The position numbers were made by a program, and so were the translations under genes. This document shows positions 27,795 through 36,878 of a stretch of DNA of 64,000 bases, piece after piece. How positions within the stretch are numbered: the first letter of the stretch is position 1; each line of letters opens with the position of its first letter. The DNA comes from Minisyncoccia bacterium. Its GTDB lineage: Bacteria > Patescibacteriota > Minisyncoccia > Phycocordibacterales > UBA918. The notes beneath the pieces are model-generated. The model did no database searches. It was not told the DNA's origin and saw only the letters and a program-made list of their open reading frames with translations. Location: NCBI GenBank assembly GCA_041742075.1, contig JBGSJJ010000015.1, forward strand, positions 65,132 to 129,131, written 5' to 3'.

Positions 27795-28973
27795 ATGATT
27801 CTCTATTTTGATACTTTCATAACTGAAACTCCGCTTCACAAAAAAGCTCCACCTAAAGATGACGTGCGAGATAAGCACGATATCTATCGGATGCCAAGTA
27901 AAATTGAAATAGCTAAATATTCCTTAGCGAGTTATTCAATATTTTCGTGGTCAAATGTATATATCAAATACGAACTAGAAGATACTAGTCTTACTCTTGA
28001 ATTTGATAATTTTATAAAAGAACTTTTTCCTGAAGTAATTATTGAACATGAAAGAAGTGACTCACAATCTGATTACCAAAATTCTTTAGCAACGCTTAAG
28101 AAATTAAACGACCCGTGGATATTTTACTCTCCTAATAATGATCACCCGTTATTGATTAGTCAAAAAACAGATACCGAATACATCAAACGTTTGGTTGATA
28201 AAGCTGAACAATGGCGAGCTCTTTTTCCGTTTGTTTCTATTATTTATTCCCATTTTGAAGAATACATTAATGCTCCATACCCAAATAGTGCTAATCACCG
28301 CTTCTTTGGTAAAGACATGGTTCTCTTACATGAAGATGACGAGGTCATAATTTGTCTCAAAAAACACGGGGACTTTAATTCAGTTCAAATTGTACACATT
28401 GACTTGTTTTCACATTGGTTTACTTCAAGTGATTTATCCGCTTCAGTCGTTAGGCGGGCGGAAGATTTACATCAAGTGGAAGTAAAAAATCATATCCTGA
28501 TTATACCGAAAAAAAGACTATGCGCGCATTTTGATGGGTATGAGCATATGCAAGGTACCGCAAATGAAATCCTGCAGGATACAAGCCCAGTCCTTTTTAT
28601 CCCACCTGGTTTTTTTGATAAAAAAATTAAAATTGCTTATGGGTATAGTCAGCGGAAAAATGGTTACACAAATATTAATCCAGGAACAAAAAAATATAGT
28701 TTCAGAAATTCAACAACCGGGACTGATCTGAAATTAAGCTTAGCTGAAATACCTTTATTTTGGAAAGACAGAATTAAAGAAATAGATATTAACCCTCACG
28801 CAAACCATCAATTGCTGAACAAAATGGCTAGAGTACATTTTGCAAAACAAAAATATCCTTGGAGTGTTTTTAGTAGAGGACTAAATGGTAAAAATTTTAT
28901 CTTTCAAATTAAGCGGGGTCTAAGGTTTATTAGAGATGAATTTATTACAAAGCAAGGAATACTTCAGAAATAA
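27795..28973 (+). CDS. Hypothetical protein (393 aa), first gene of the AT-rich block, function unknown
   Basis: Long ORF immediately after the fcl stop (track start 27789 is TTG; ATG at 27795). No family recognised. Confidence 0.5.
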   Translation: MILYFDTFITETPLHKKAPPKDDVRDKHDIYRMPSKIEIAKYSLASYSIFSWSNVYIKYELEDTSLTLEFDNFIKELFPEVIIEHERSDSQSDYQNSLATLKKLNDPWIFYSPNNDHPLLISQKTDTEYIKRLVDKAEQWRALFPFVSIIYSHFEEYINAPYPNSANHRFFGKDMVLLHEDDEVIICLKKHGDFNSVQIVHIDLFSHWFTSSDLSASVVRRAEDLHQVEVKNHILIIPKKRLCAHFDGYEHMQGTANEILQDTSPVLFIPPGFFDKKIKIAYGYSQRKNGYTNINPGTKKYSFRNSTTGTDLKLSLAEIPLFWKDRIKEIDINPHANHQLLNKMARVHFAKQKYPWSVFSRGLNGKNFIFQIKRGLRFIRDEFITKQGILQK

Positions 28974-29111
28974 CTTTTCTTTACTAAATTTTTTCTAAAA
29001 CACCGTATATACCCACTTAATAGAATTAAAAAGTCATTTAATTTAGAGCACATATTTAAATAATTTCAATGTGTTTTGAATTATTATTTGGGGTATTCTT
29101 TCAATTTAAGT

Positions 29112-30746
29112 ATGAAAACAAAGGGGTCCACAATAGCCGTAATCCCCGCCGCTGGTATACCTACCAACAAGCTAAACATCCACTCCAACACACCCGATAC
29201 GATGTTGCCCATAAATGGTAAGCCAGTTATTGGTCATATTCTTGATGACCTACTCGCGCGAAAAATTTATCGAGCAGTCATTGTTCTAAACGAACACGAC
29301 CTACACACAGAAAAATATGTCAATCGTAAATATTCTTCCAAACTTAAACTTTCAATTGTACGAAACGCTCTTTATGGTCGGGGTCTCGGGTACTCAATTT
29401 ATCTGGGTTGTCGAGAAATAAGCGACCTTGAATCCTACGATGGAATACTAGTTTATTTAGGAGACACAATTTACAAAGGTGACTTAGACTTTAGTAAAGA
29501 TTTCGTAATTATCAACTCAAATCTAGTGAACAGTCAAAGGTGGTGTTATGTTGAAGAATCCCCTACTGGCCTTACCTATATAAATAAACCCTCCGAATAC
29601 GTTGGCGCTGGAAACCCTTTGGCCGGAATCTATTATTTTTCAAATCCTGAAAAATTAAATAGTGTTGTGAGTAGTGTGGTAAAACGAGAAGCTATTGTTG
29701 AACTTCATTTTATCCTGAGTATATACAATCAACACTTCGCATTAAAGCAAGCTGAACAACACTATGATTGTGGCAATATTGAAAACTATTATCAGGCACG
29801 AATAGACTTTTTACGTACCCGGAGTTTTAATACACTTGAATACAACGATCTGTTTGGAACTATTACAAAATCAGGCACGAATCGAGATAAAATTGAGGAT
29901 GAAATTAACTGGTTTAAGAATGTCCCTCATGAGCTACAAATCTTTACACCCAGATTAATCGATTACACTATTAGTGAATCCAAAGTTTCATATTCTCTAG
30001 AATACTATGGGTATCAGTCTTTAGCGGACTATTTTGTTTTAAATCAATTTGATGAAAAGGTTTGGCAAGTTCTTATTGACCGTCTTTTTACTATACTTAG
30101 TCTGTTTAAAAATTACTCGACACCACTTCCGCACCGAGCGTTTTATGAAATGTATGTAGAAAAAGTAGAAGCTCGAATCAAATTACTAGAGCAAGACGCA
30201 ACCTGGAAAGAACTTCTTTCTAAAGAAACACTTACGATCAATTCGGGTACATACCTTGGCTGGCCCACATATGCTTCTAAAATTTCAAGCTTTGCTGATT
30301 ACCTCTATGATTCCTCAACAGCCAGTTTTATTCACGGAGATTTATGTTTAAGCAACATTCTGTTTGATCCTCATACGTTACTGATAAAACTAATCGATCC
30401 ACGTGGCAAGTTTGGAGACTACACTGTCTATGGCGATCATAACTACGACCTAGCCAAGTTACGACATAGCTTTGTGGGGCTGTATGATTTTATTGTGAGT
30501 GATTTATTTATACTCGATGAGCATGAGAATACATTTCAATACCAAGTACTTTGCGACAAGGACCATGTCGAAATTGGTGAATTATTTGACGCTACTTTAC
30601 AAAAAAGAGGCTATAATACCACTGCGGTTATGTTAATCGAAGCTCTTCTTTTTCTGTCTATGATTCCACTCCATAGTGAGGCCCCAGTTCGACAAAAGGC
30701 AATGTTCTTAACTGGAATTCAACTCTTAAATAAAATTGAACTATGA
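29112..30746 (+). CDS. Bifunctional fusion: N-terminal sugar-phosphate nucleotidyltransferase domain plus C-terminal APH/choline-kinase-fold kinase domain
   Basis: N-terminus STIAVIPAAGIPTNKL...LPINGKPVIGHILDDL is NTP_transferase-like. C-terminus FIHGDLCLSNILFD...IDPRG is the Brenner motif HGDLxxxNIL of APH/choline/hexosamine-1-kinases. Stop overlaps the next gene's ATG (ATGA). Confidence 0.6.
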   Translation: MKTKGSTIAVIPAAGIPTNKLNIHSNTPDTMLPINGKPVIGHILDDLLARKIYRAVIVLNEHDLHTEKYVNRKYSSKLKLSIVRNALYGRGLGYSIYLGCREISDLESYDGILVYLGDTIYKGDLDFSKDFVIINSNLVNSQRWCYVEESPTGLTYINKPSEYVGAGNPLAGIYYFSNPEKLNSVVSSVVKREAIVELHFILSIYNQHFALKQAEQHYDCGNIENYYQARIDFLRTRSFNTLEYNDLFGTITKSGTNRDKIEDEINWFKNVPHELQIFTPRLIDYTISESKVSYSLEYYGYQSLADYFVLNQFDEKVWQVLIDRLFTILSLFKNYSTPLPHRAFYEMYVEKVEARIKLLEQDATWKELLSKETLTINSGTYLGWPTYASKISSFADYLYDSSTASFIHGDLCLSNILFDPHTLLIKLIDPRGKFGDYTVYGDHNYDLAKLRHSFVGLYDFIVSDLFILDEHENTFQYQVLCDKDHVEIGELFDATLQKRGYNTTAVMLIEALLFLSMIPLHSEAPVRQKAMFLTGIQLLNKIEL

Positions 30747-31816
30747 GAATAGTTATCGACCTTGATGGCACCATAGCGTCACTACGAAAGCATAACCAAG
30801 ACTACAGTGAGGTTACACCTTTACCCGGAGTAGTTGAGAAGTTAACTACTTTAAAGGAAGACGGTCACTACCTCATTATCTATAGTGCACGTCACATGAA
30901 GACATGTCAGGGGGACGTTACATTAGTAGAGCAGAAAATCGGCAAGAAAACGAGGGAGTGGCTTAGCACATACAAGATTCCCTACGATGAGCTTATTTTT
31001 GGTAAACCATACGGACATGTCTATATTGATGACCTGGCTATACCATTTCGTGGCTGGGAAAACATTCAATCCACTGAGCTTGATACTGATGTCATCAATG
31101 TGGTAATACCTATGGCTGGTTTAGGAAGTCGCTTTACAAAAGCTGGATTTACTACCCCAAAACCACTCATTGATGTACTTGGCCAACCAATGGTTAAGTG
31201 GGCAGTTGATTCTCTTTCTTTTTTACCTAAACAACCAGTCCAACTTATTTTTATTATTTTACGTGAGCACGAAGTACAATATGAACTTTCAAAGCAACTG
31301 CGCTTGTTGTTTGGTAGCCATATTAAAGTCATTCAAGCTGAGAAATTAACATTAGGACAGGCTGATACAGTCTACCTCGCTAAAGATTTTATAAATAATT
31401 TTAGTAAATTATTTATTTTTAACTGTGACACGTTCAGCCAAACACCGGATTTATGGGAACATATTACTGAGATTGACCCAGACTGTACCTTAGCTTGTTT
31501 TACGTCCACCGACGCACGCTATAGCTACGCAAAACAAGATTCGTACGGCTACGTTGAAGAAACAGCTGAGAAAAAGGTTATTTCTAACAACGCCTCTACT
31601 GGTCTGTATTACTTCAAACATGGCTTCTACTTTATCGATGAAGTAGAAAAAGCGCTTCAGTCATACCAACCAGACCAAGGTGAAATTTACATCGCTCCAC
31701 TGTATAATAATCTGATAAAACTGGGAAAAAAGGTGACTATTTCAGAGGCTAGTGAAAACTGGATACTTGGGACACCTGAAGAACTGGATTATTTTAAAAC
31801 CCACTACCGAAAGTAA
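30743..31816 (+). CDS. Bifunctional fusion: N-terminal HAD-superfamily phosphatase (DxDGT) plus nucleotidyltransferase domain
   Basis: MRIVIDLDGTIA (HAD motif I), IYSAR (motif II), GKPYGHVYIDD (motifs III/IV). Then VVIPMAGLGSRFTKAGFTTPKPLIDVLGQPMV is an NTP_transferase G-loop. Confidence 0.6.
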   Translation: MRIVIDLDGTIASLRKHNQDYSEVTPLPGVVEKLTTLKEDGHYLIIYSARHMKTCQGDVTLVEQKIGKKTREWLSTYKIPYDELIFGKPYGHVYIDDLAIPFRGWENIQSTELDTDVINVVIPMAGLGSRFTKAGFTTPKPLIDVLGQPMVKWAVDSLSFLPKQPVQLIFIILREHEVQYELSKQLRLLFGSHIKVIQAEKLTLGQADTVYLAKDFINNFSKLFIFNCDTFSQTPDLWEHITEIDPDCTLACFTSTDARYSYAKQDSYGYVEETAEKKVISNNASTGLYYFKHGFYFIDEVEKALQSYQPDQGEIYIAPLYNNLIKLGKKVTISEASENWILGTPEELDYFKTHYRK

Positions 31817-31860
31817 GAATGGGCCTAAAAGAATGTGTGCAATCTTAATAAACGAACCAT

Positions 31861-32520
31861 ATGCAATTTATATCTAAAACAAAATACAAAATAAAACTCT
31901 TATTTACAGATCCGGTGAAATTAGCTGGCATACTAAAAAATATGCTAAAAATGGCCTTTGTAAGTAAGGTTGATACTGGCCCTGAAGGGATACGGTGGAC
32001 TACTGAAATTGAAAAAAACCTCTTACAAAAATATGCTAAAAGTGCCCAGATTGGAATCGTAGAAATTGGTGTACTTGATGGAAAGACTACCAAGGAAATG
32101 GCCCTCGTTGCCAATGTGCCACTTTATGGAATCGACCCTCTGATACCAGACAGTATGAATAGAAGATTAATCGGTACGGAAGAAAAAGTTTTATCAAACT
32201 TAGCCTTTTATGAAAAATTTTATTTTATAAAAGACTTTAGCTACAACGTGGCCAAAAACTGGAGTAAACCTTTTGATTTTATCTTTATAGATGGTGACCA
32301 CACCTATGAAGCCGTAAAAAAAGATTTTGAAGACTGGTACAACCTCATCTCTCCTCAAGGATTCATTGCATTTCATGACTCTCACGCAATCACCGTTGAT
32401 GGGAAAGAAGTATTTGCCGGCTGGGCTGGTTGCGTACAATTTGTTTCAGAGTTAAAAGATGACCCTCGAGTTAACTTTGTAGAAGTGCAAGATTCGATTA
32501 CTGTTTTTCAAAAAAAATAA
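31861..32520 (+). CDS. Class I SAM-dependent methyltransferase (CmcI / Methyltransf_24-like)
   Basis: IVEIGVLDGKTT...FDFIFIDGDHTYEAVKKDFEDW...GFIAFHD. Confidence 0.65.
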   Translation: MQFISKTKYKIKLLFTDPVKLAGILKNMLKMAFVSKVDTGPEGIRWTTEIEKNLLQKYAKSAQIGIVEIGVLDGKTTKEMALVANVPLYGIDPLIPDSMNRRLIGTEEKVLSNLAFYEKFYFIKDFSYNVAKNWSKPFDFIFIDGDHTYEAVKKDFEDWYNLISPQGFIAFHDSHAITVDGKEVFAGWAGCVQFVSELKDDPRVNFVEVQDSITVFQKK

Positions 32521-32526
32521 TCTATT

Positions 32527-33825
32527 GTGCCGAAATCTCTTCTCCGAAAACTAGCGACCAGAAACAATTTTTCGCGAGACGGAATCATTCGCTACGCGCA
32601 GAATACTGGGTGGGTCTTTTTTGGCAAGTTTAGCAACCTCGCGATTAGTTTTTTTGCCACCTTATACATCGCTCGCTCACTTGGTCCCGGCAACTACGGT
32701 GAACTGAGCTATGCGCTTAGTTTCATTGGTCTCTTTTCGTTCATCTCTTCTTTAGGAATTGATTCGGTGCTCTACCGAGAAATCATAAAATACCCCGAGC
32801 AAAAAAATGCTCTCCTTGGTACCGCATTTCGCATTAAACTCATCGCTGGGAGCATCACCGCTGTTCTTACTATTGCTACCGCCTTGTTTCTCTCTCCACC
32901 AGACGTTTCATTTCTTATTATTGTTATTCTATCGAGTACCTTTATCGTCCATACGTTTTCAATCATTTCGTATGAATTTGGCGCCGCGGTAAACAATAAA
33001 CCTGTTTCCATACTGTCTTTTTTTGTTACAGCTCTAGTAAATGTACTGAAGATTATTGTCATCTTCTTCGGTAACGGCGTCCTCTACCTAGCACTCATCA
33101 TTGTCGCTGAAACTCTCTTTTATGCGCTTGGGTATATCTATATTCGCTTCCGTGCGTTTGGTAGCGTCTTTAATTGGACCTATAACCACACTACCGCCAA
33201 GAGACTCCTCCTTGATTCTTGGCCATTTATTTTTACCAGCGCTTTTTCTGTTATTTATACTCGCATTGATCAGGTATTGCTCAAAAACATGATTGACGCC
33301 ACAACTGTCGGTGTTTACGACGCGGCGGTGCGTTTAAGTGAACTCTGGCACTTCTTTCCAGCCGTACTGGTCGGAACGCTCTTCCCGGCGATTATTAATG
33401 CCAAAAAGTCAGCTCACGCTCAGTACAGACAGCGCATTGTGTCTCTTATAATACTTCTACTATCGCTCTCGGTCTTTGTCGCGATTGCAGTGACGTTCTT
33501 AGCCAAACCAATTGTGCTCCTGGTATATGGTGCTGAGTTTGCTCCCGCAATTCCTATCTTACAAATCTACATCTGGGCCTTTGTGCCCGCCACCCTTGGC
33601 GTGATAGCTCAGCACTATCTCTTAGCTGAAAACGCGCGTGTCGCACTTTTCCTCATGACCCTAGTTGGGATGGTAGTCAATGTAGTTGGTAACCTCGTCC
33701 TTATTCCTGAATATGGTGCAATCGGGGCCGCTGTTGCTACCTTAATCTCGAGTACGAGTATCATTATGGTCGTCATACTCATCTATTTTTTAAAGCGCTT
33801 TACTCGTATACTACGTACACGTTAA
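32527..33825 (+). CDS. wzx: Wzx-type polysaccharide/oligosaccharide flippase (polysaccharide biosynthesis protein family, ~12 TM). GTG start.
   Basis: 432 aa polytopic membrane protein with the typical Wzx N-terminus (…YAQNTGWVFFGKFSNLAISFFATLYIARSLGPGNYGELS…). Confidence 0.72.
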   Translation: MPKSLLRKLATRNNFSRDGIIRYAQNTGWVFFGKFSNLAISFFATLYIARSLGPGNYGELSYALSFIGLFSFISSLGIDSVLYREIIKYPEQKNALLGTAFRIKLIAGSITAVLTIATALFLSPPDVSFLIIVILSSTFIVHTFSIISYEFGAAVNNKPVSILSFFVTALVNVLKIIVIFFGNGVLYLALIIVAETLFYALGYIYIRFRAFGSVFNWTYNHTTAKRLLLDSWPFIFTSAFSVIYTRIDQVLLKNMIDATTVGVYDAAVRLSELWHFFPAVLVGTLFPAIINAKKSAHAQYRQRIVSLIILLLSLSVFVAIAVTFLAKPIVLLVYGAEFAPAIPILQIYIWAFVPATLGVIAQHYLLAENARVALFLMTLVGMVVNVVGNLVLIPEYGAIGAAVATLISSTSIIMVVILIYFLKRFTRILRTR

Positions 33826-33829
33826 ATCT

Positions 33830-34693
33830 ATGAAATCAAAAGCCCTCATCACCGCCTGTTCAAACAAATTCTTTCCGTCGGTTATAAACCTCCTGACCTC
33901 AATTAAGGTTAATTACCCGGACCACCCAGTCATTTACGTCTATGACTTAGGTCTTTTCTACACCTTTAGGAAAGAGCTGGAGATGATTGATGGTGTAACC
34001 GTACTTCCCATGCCTCATTTTTGCTCTCACTGGAGATCTTGTTACACCTGGAAAACATATATTTTTGCGCACCCCATCGCTGACCTCAACTTCTATCTCG
34101 ATGCAGGCTGTCACGTACTGAAACCCCTTGATGCCGATTTTGCTATCATTGAAAAAGACGACGTACTCTTGATTGACCAAGAGCAAACCTTTGCAGACAT
34201 CGTGCCAAAAAGTTACAAAGAGATGTTTGCTATAGGAGACGAGTTTGACACACTGACCATCATGCACGCCGGTATCATTGGTTTCAGCAACAGCGAAGAA
34301 GCCGGTCAGATTTTTGCAAAAATCTATTCCGCTGGTATTGCTGGTCTAGCGCTTGGGTTTTCTCCAGGTGATAGTTGGCGAAATAAAGGCCCCGATAAAT
34401 CTGTATTTGTGCGTGATTGTCGCCTATTCCGGCACGACTTAACCTTAGTAAATATCTTTTTCAGAAAGTACTGGCCTCATATAAGCATTCAGTCCCTAGA
34501 GACCTACCACGGCGGGCTACTCAACTCACCCACCCAGCGTATATGGCACCTTCGGCTCAATTGGAAACGGTTGCCATACATGTCAATTAAGAAAATTCAT
34601 CCCAAAGTAAGCTTTTTCCCTTTTATAAATCGTATAATTATTGTAAAAATGGTTTATTTAAGAAAGATATTTCATTACCTGAAAGGTATTTAA
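33830..34693 (+). CDS. Hypothetical protein, possibly a nucleotide-diphospho-sugar (GT-A-like) transferase
   Basis: 287 aa. Start LITACSNKFFPSVINLLTSIKVN and YLDAG resemble GT-A capsule transferases. Weak. Confidence 0.4.
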   Translation: MKSKALITACSNKFFPSVINLLTSIKVNYPDHPVIYVYDLGLFYTFRKELEMIDGVTVLPMPHFCSHWRSCYTWKTYIFAHPIADLNFYLDAGCHVLKPLDADFAIIEKDDVLLIDQEQTFADIVPKSYKEMFAIGDEFDTLTIMHAGIIGFSNSEEAGQIFAKIYSAGIAGLALGFSPGDSWRNKGPDKSVFVRDCRLFRHDLTLVNIFFRKYWPHISIQSLETYHGGLLNSPTQRIWHLRLNWKRLPYMSIKKIHPKVSFFPFINRIIIVKMVYLRKIFHYLKGI

Positions 34694-34707
34694 ACTTAAT
34701 TTTCAAA

Positions 34708-35661
34708 CTATTTTTCAATTAATTTCGATAGCTCTAAACAAATTCCCTCAACTGACGTGTACTCTGGAGTATACCCAACACTCTCTGCTTGATAGTTTTT
34801 TGAATAATAGATATTTTTCGAAAATTTATTGCCACCTCGAATTGGGTCAGATGAAATTTCATATCGTAAATCAAACTTTTCTTGAAGCTCATTAAGCAAA
34901 TCGAGCTTGGCTACCGGAGCCTTGCTGTAAACATCTAAGGCCGTGTTGCTTGGTGACCGCATAACACATTGAATGAGTTGATGGAGGTCAGTAGGCGAAA
35001 TATAGTCCCGAATGATATCGGTGTCGTTGGTTTTAAATACCTTATTGGAAATAAGGCAATCAGCAATCTCTGACATCAAAAATTCAGCTTCCGTATCGAC
35101 AAACTTACTAAAAAACGCAAATACGCGCAAATCGATGATGGTATAGTTTGCTAGTGCACGATGTCTCGCTTCAGCATGTAACTTAGCAATCGAGTAGTAC
35201 TCCGATACCTTGAACTCATTAACAGAGAAGGTGGCTTTGGTTTCTTCTGTTATAGGGGCACTAAAATTATCTCCATACACCGCCCCACTACTCAGGTTGA
35301 TGTACACTGCTTCGGGATTTTTTCTTAAGTAAGAAAGAATGAGTGTGTCAACAGATTCAGTAAGGGTAAAAATACTTGCCGGCTCGTCACCCAATACTTT
35401 TGTATTTCCGATTCCTGTCGCGTTAATGATCACATCAAAGCTCCCGTATTGAAACTCTGATATGTCGCAAAGTCTAATTAAACGCCCTTTTTCAATATCT
35501 TTAAAATCTAAAATAGTTTTCTCTAATTTTGAAATGTCTCGCGAATAAAGGTAGAGCTCAGTGTCAGAGTTATTTACTAAAAACTCTGCGAGTAGTGATT
35601 TCCCGATATAGCCGGTCGCTCCCAAAAGCGCCAGTTTTCTAACATTAAGATTACTTGTCAT
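34708..35661 (-). CDS. NAD(P)-dependent epimerase/dehydratase-family (extended SDR) protein
   Basis: LALLGATGYIGKSL is a Rossmann motif. YSIAK is YxxxK. 317 aa. Confidence 0.7.
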   Translation of the reverse strand: MTSNLNVRKLALLGATGYIGKSLLAEFLVNNSDTELYLYSRDISKLEKTILDFKDIEKGRLIRLCDISEFQYGSFDVIINATGIGNTKVLGDEPASIFTLTESVDTLILSYLRKNPEAVYINLSSGAVYGDNFSAPITEETKATFSVNEFKVSEYYSIAKLHAEARHRALANYTIIDLRVFAFFSKFVDTEAEFLMSEIADCLISNKVFKTNDTDIIRDYISPTDLHQLIQCVMRSPSNTALDVYSKAPVAKLDLLNELQEKFDLRYEISSDPIRGGNKFSKNIYYSKNYQAESVGYTPEYTSVEGICLELSKLIEK

Positions 35662-36286
35662 TCGATTGTATGAATTTTAGTACATCCTGAAACTTGTTTG
35701 CTGTTACAGAAGGTTGTGCATTAGCTAATACTTTTGGAGTATGAAAACCCCAAGTTACAGCGATGGTGACAACACTAGGTACCCTGCTGGCTTCCAGCAA
35801 ATCCCCAACTGTATCGGTAACAAAAAACACTCTATCTATATTAGGTGACGTAACAGCTTTCTCCAAAAAATAACTTTTTTGCTTTTTACTGTGTCCTATT
35901 ATTTTAGTAAAAAAATTCTGGAGCTGGTTAGCCTTGAGAATTTTTTTAATATGAATTTCAGGCGCTGTACTCAGTATCCATAACTCCCCTTGTCTACTTA
36001 TACTCTCAAGTAAAGAGGTGGCTTCTGGAAAAAGTTTAACCCTATCTGCATTATAGAAGTCTGCAAAAATTTTATGTTTTAATTTTATAAAATTCTCCAG
36101 TTCTGTTTCACTTAAGTTAAAAATTGCGCCAAGATTTTTATTTAAAGGGCCATAAAATGCTTTTCTGTATTGTGATTTTGAAAGATGATACCCCATTGCC
36201 AAACCAGCAGACATGTTGATTTGATACAGATTATCAAATGAATCTGCTAAAACTCCATCAAAATCAAAAACAATTATCTGCTTCAA
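35651..36286 (-). CDS. HAD-family hydrolase (phosphoglycolate-phosphatase-like)
   Basis: MKQIIVFDFDGVLADS is motif I. 211 aa. Overlaps the downstream SDR gene by 11 nt. Confidence 0.7.
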   Translation of the reverse strand: MKQIIVFDFDGVLADSFDNLYQINMSAGLAMGYHLSKSQYRKAFYGPLNKNLGAIFNLSETELENFIKLKHKIFADFYNADRVKLFPEATSLLESISRQGELWILSTAPEIHIKKILKANQLQNFFTKIIGHSKKQKSYFLEKAVTSPNIDRVFFVTDTVGDLLEASRVPSVVTIAVTWGFHTPKVLANAQPSVTANKFQDVLKFIQSNDK

Positions 36287-36296
36287 ATTTGTAAAA

Positions 36297-36839
36297 TTAA
36301 AAACGAGCTATTAAAGCTTTCATGAATACTCCAATATCTCTTGGGTGACGTGAAGTAATAATGTTACCATCTTCGACTACTGGTTCATCAATATATGTTG
36401 CTCCCGAATTAACGATATCGTCCTTAATACCCACATAGCCAGTTGCCTTTTTCCCTTTCAATAGTCCAGCAGAAATTAAGACCCACGGCCCATGACAAAA
36501 AGCGGCTACTAATTTATTTTCGTTTGCCATCGCATTTACGAATTCAAGAACTTCAGGTATCTGACGGACTCGATCTGGAGCTTCAAAGCCTCCCGGAATA
36601 AGGACCATGTCATAGTCTGAAGTACTCAATTTTTTGGCATCTACTAATTTCCCATAGTATCTAACCATCAACTCCAAAGGGAAATTTAATCGTCCTACTA
36701 CAAGCTTTGCATCTTTCGTGGCAATATCAACTTCAAAACCTTCTTCATGAAGCCTCATTATTGGATACATAACCTCTTCATCCTCAAACGCCTCAGCAGT
36801 GATAATGACAACTCGGTTTGTTTCTCTATTTATTTTCAT
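36297..36839 (-). CDS. DJ-1/PfpI-family protein (class I glutamine-amidotransferase-like; deglycase/protease family)
   Basis: VLIPGGFEAP...KLVAAFCHGPWVLISAGLL has the nucleophile-elbow Cys in the AFCHGP context. Confidence 0.8.
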   Translation of the reverse strand: MKINRETNRVVIITAEAFEDEEVMYPIMRLHEEGFEVDIATKDAKLVVGRLNFPLELMVRYYGKLVDAKKLSTSDYDMVLIPGGFEAPDRVRQIPEVLEFVNAMANENKLVAAFCHGPWVLISAGLLKGKKATGYVGIKDDIVNSGATYIDEPVVEDGNIITSRHPRDIGVFMKALIARF

Positions 36840-36878
36840 ACTTTGTGAGTTATTGGCCTTTAAATTTTGATATTATAA

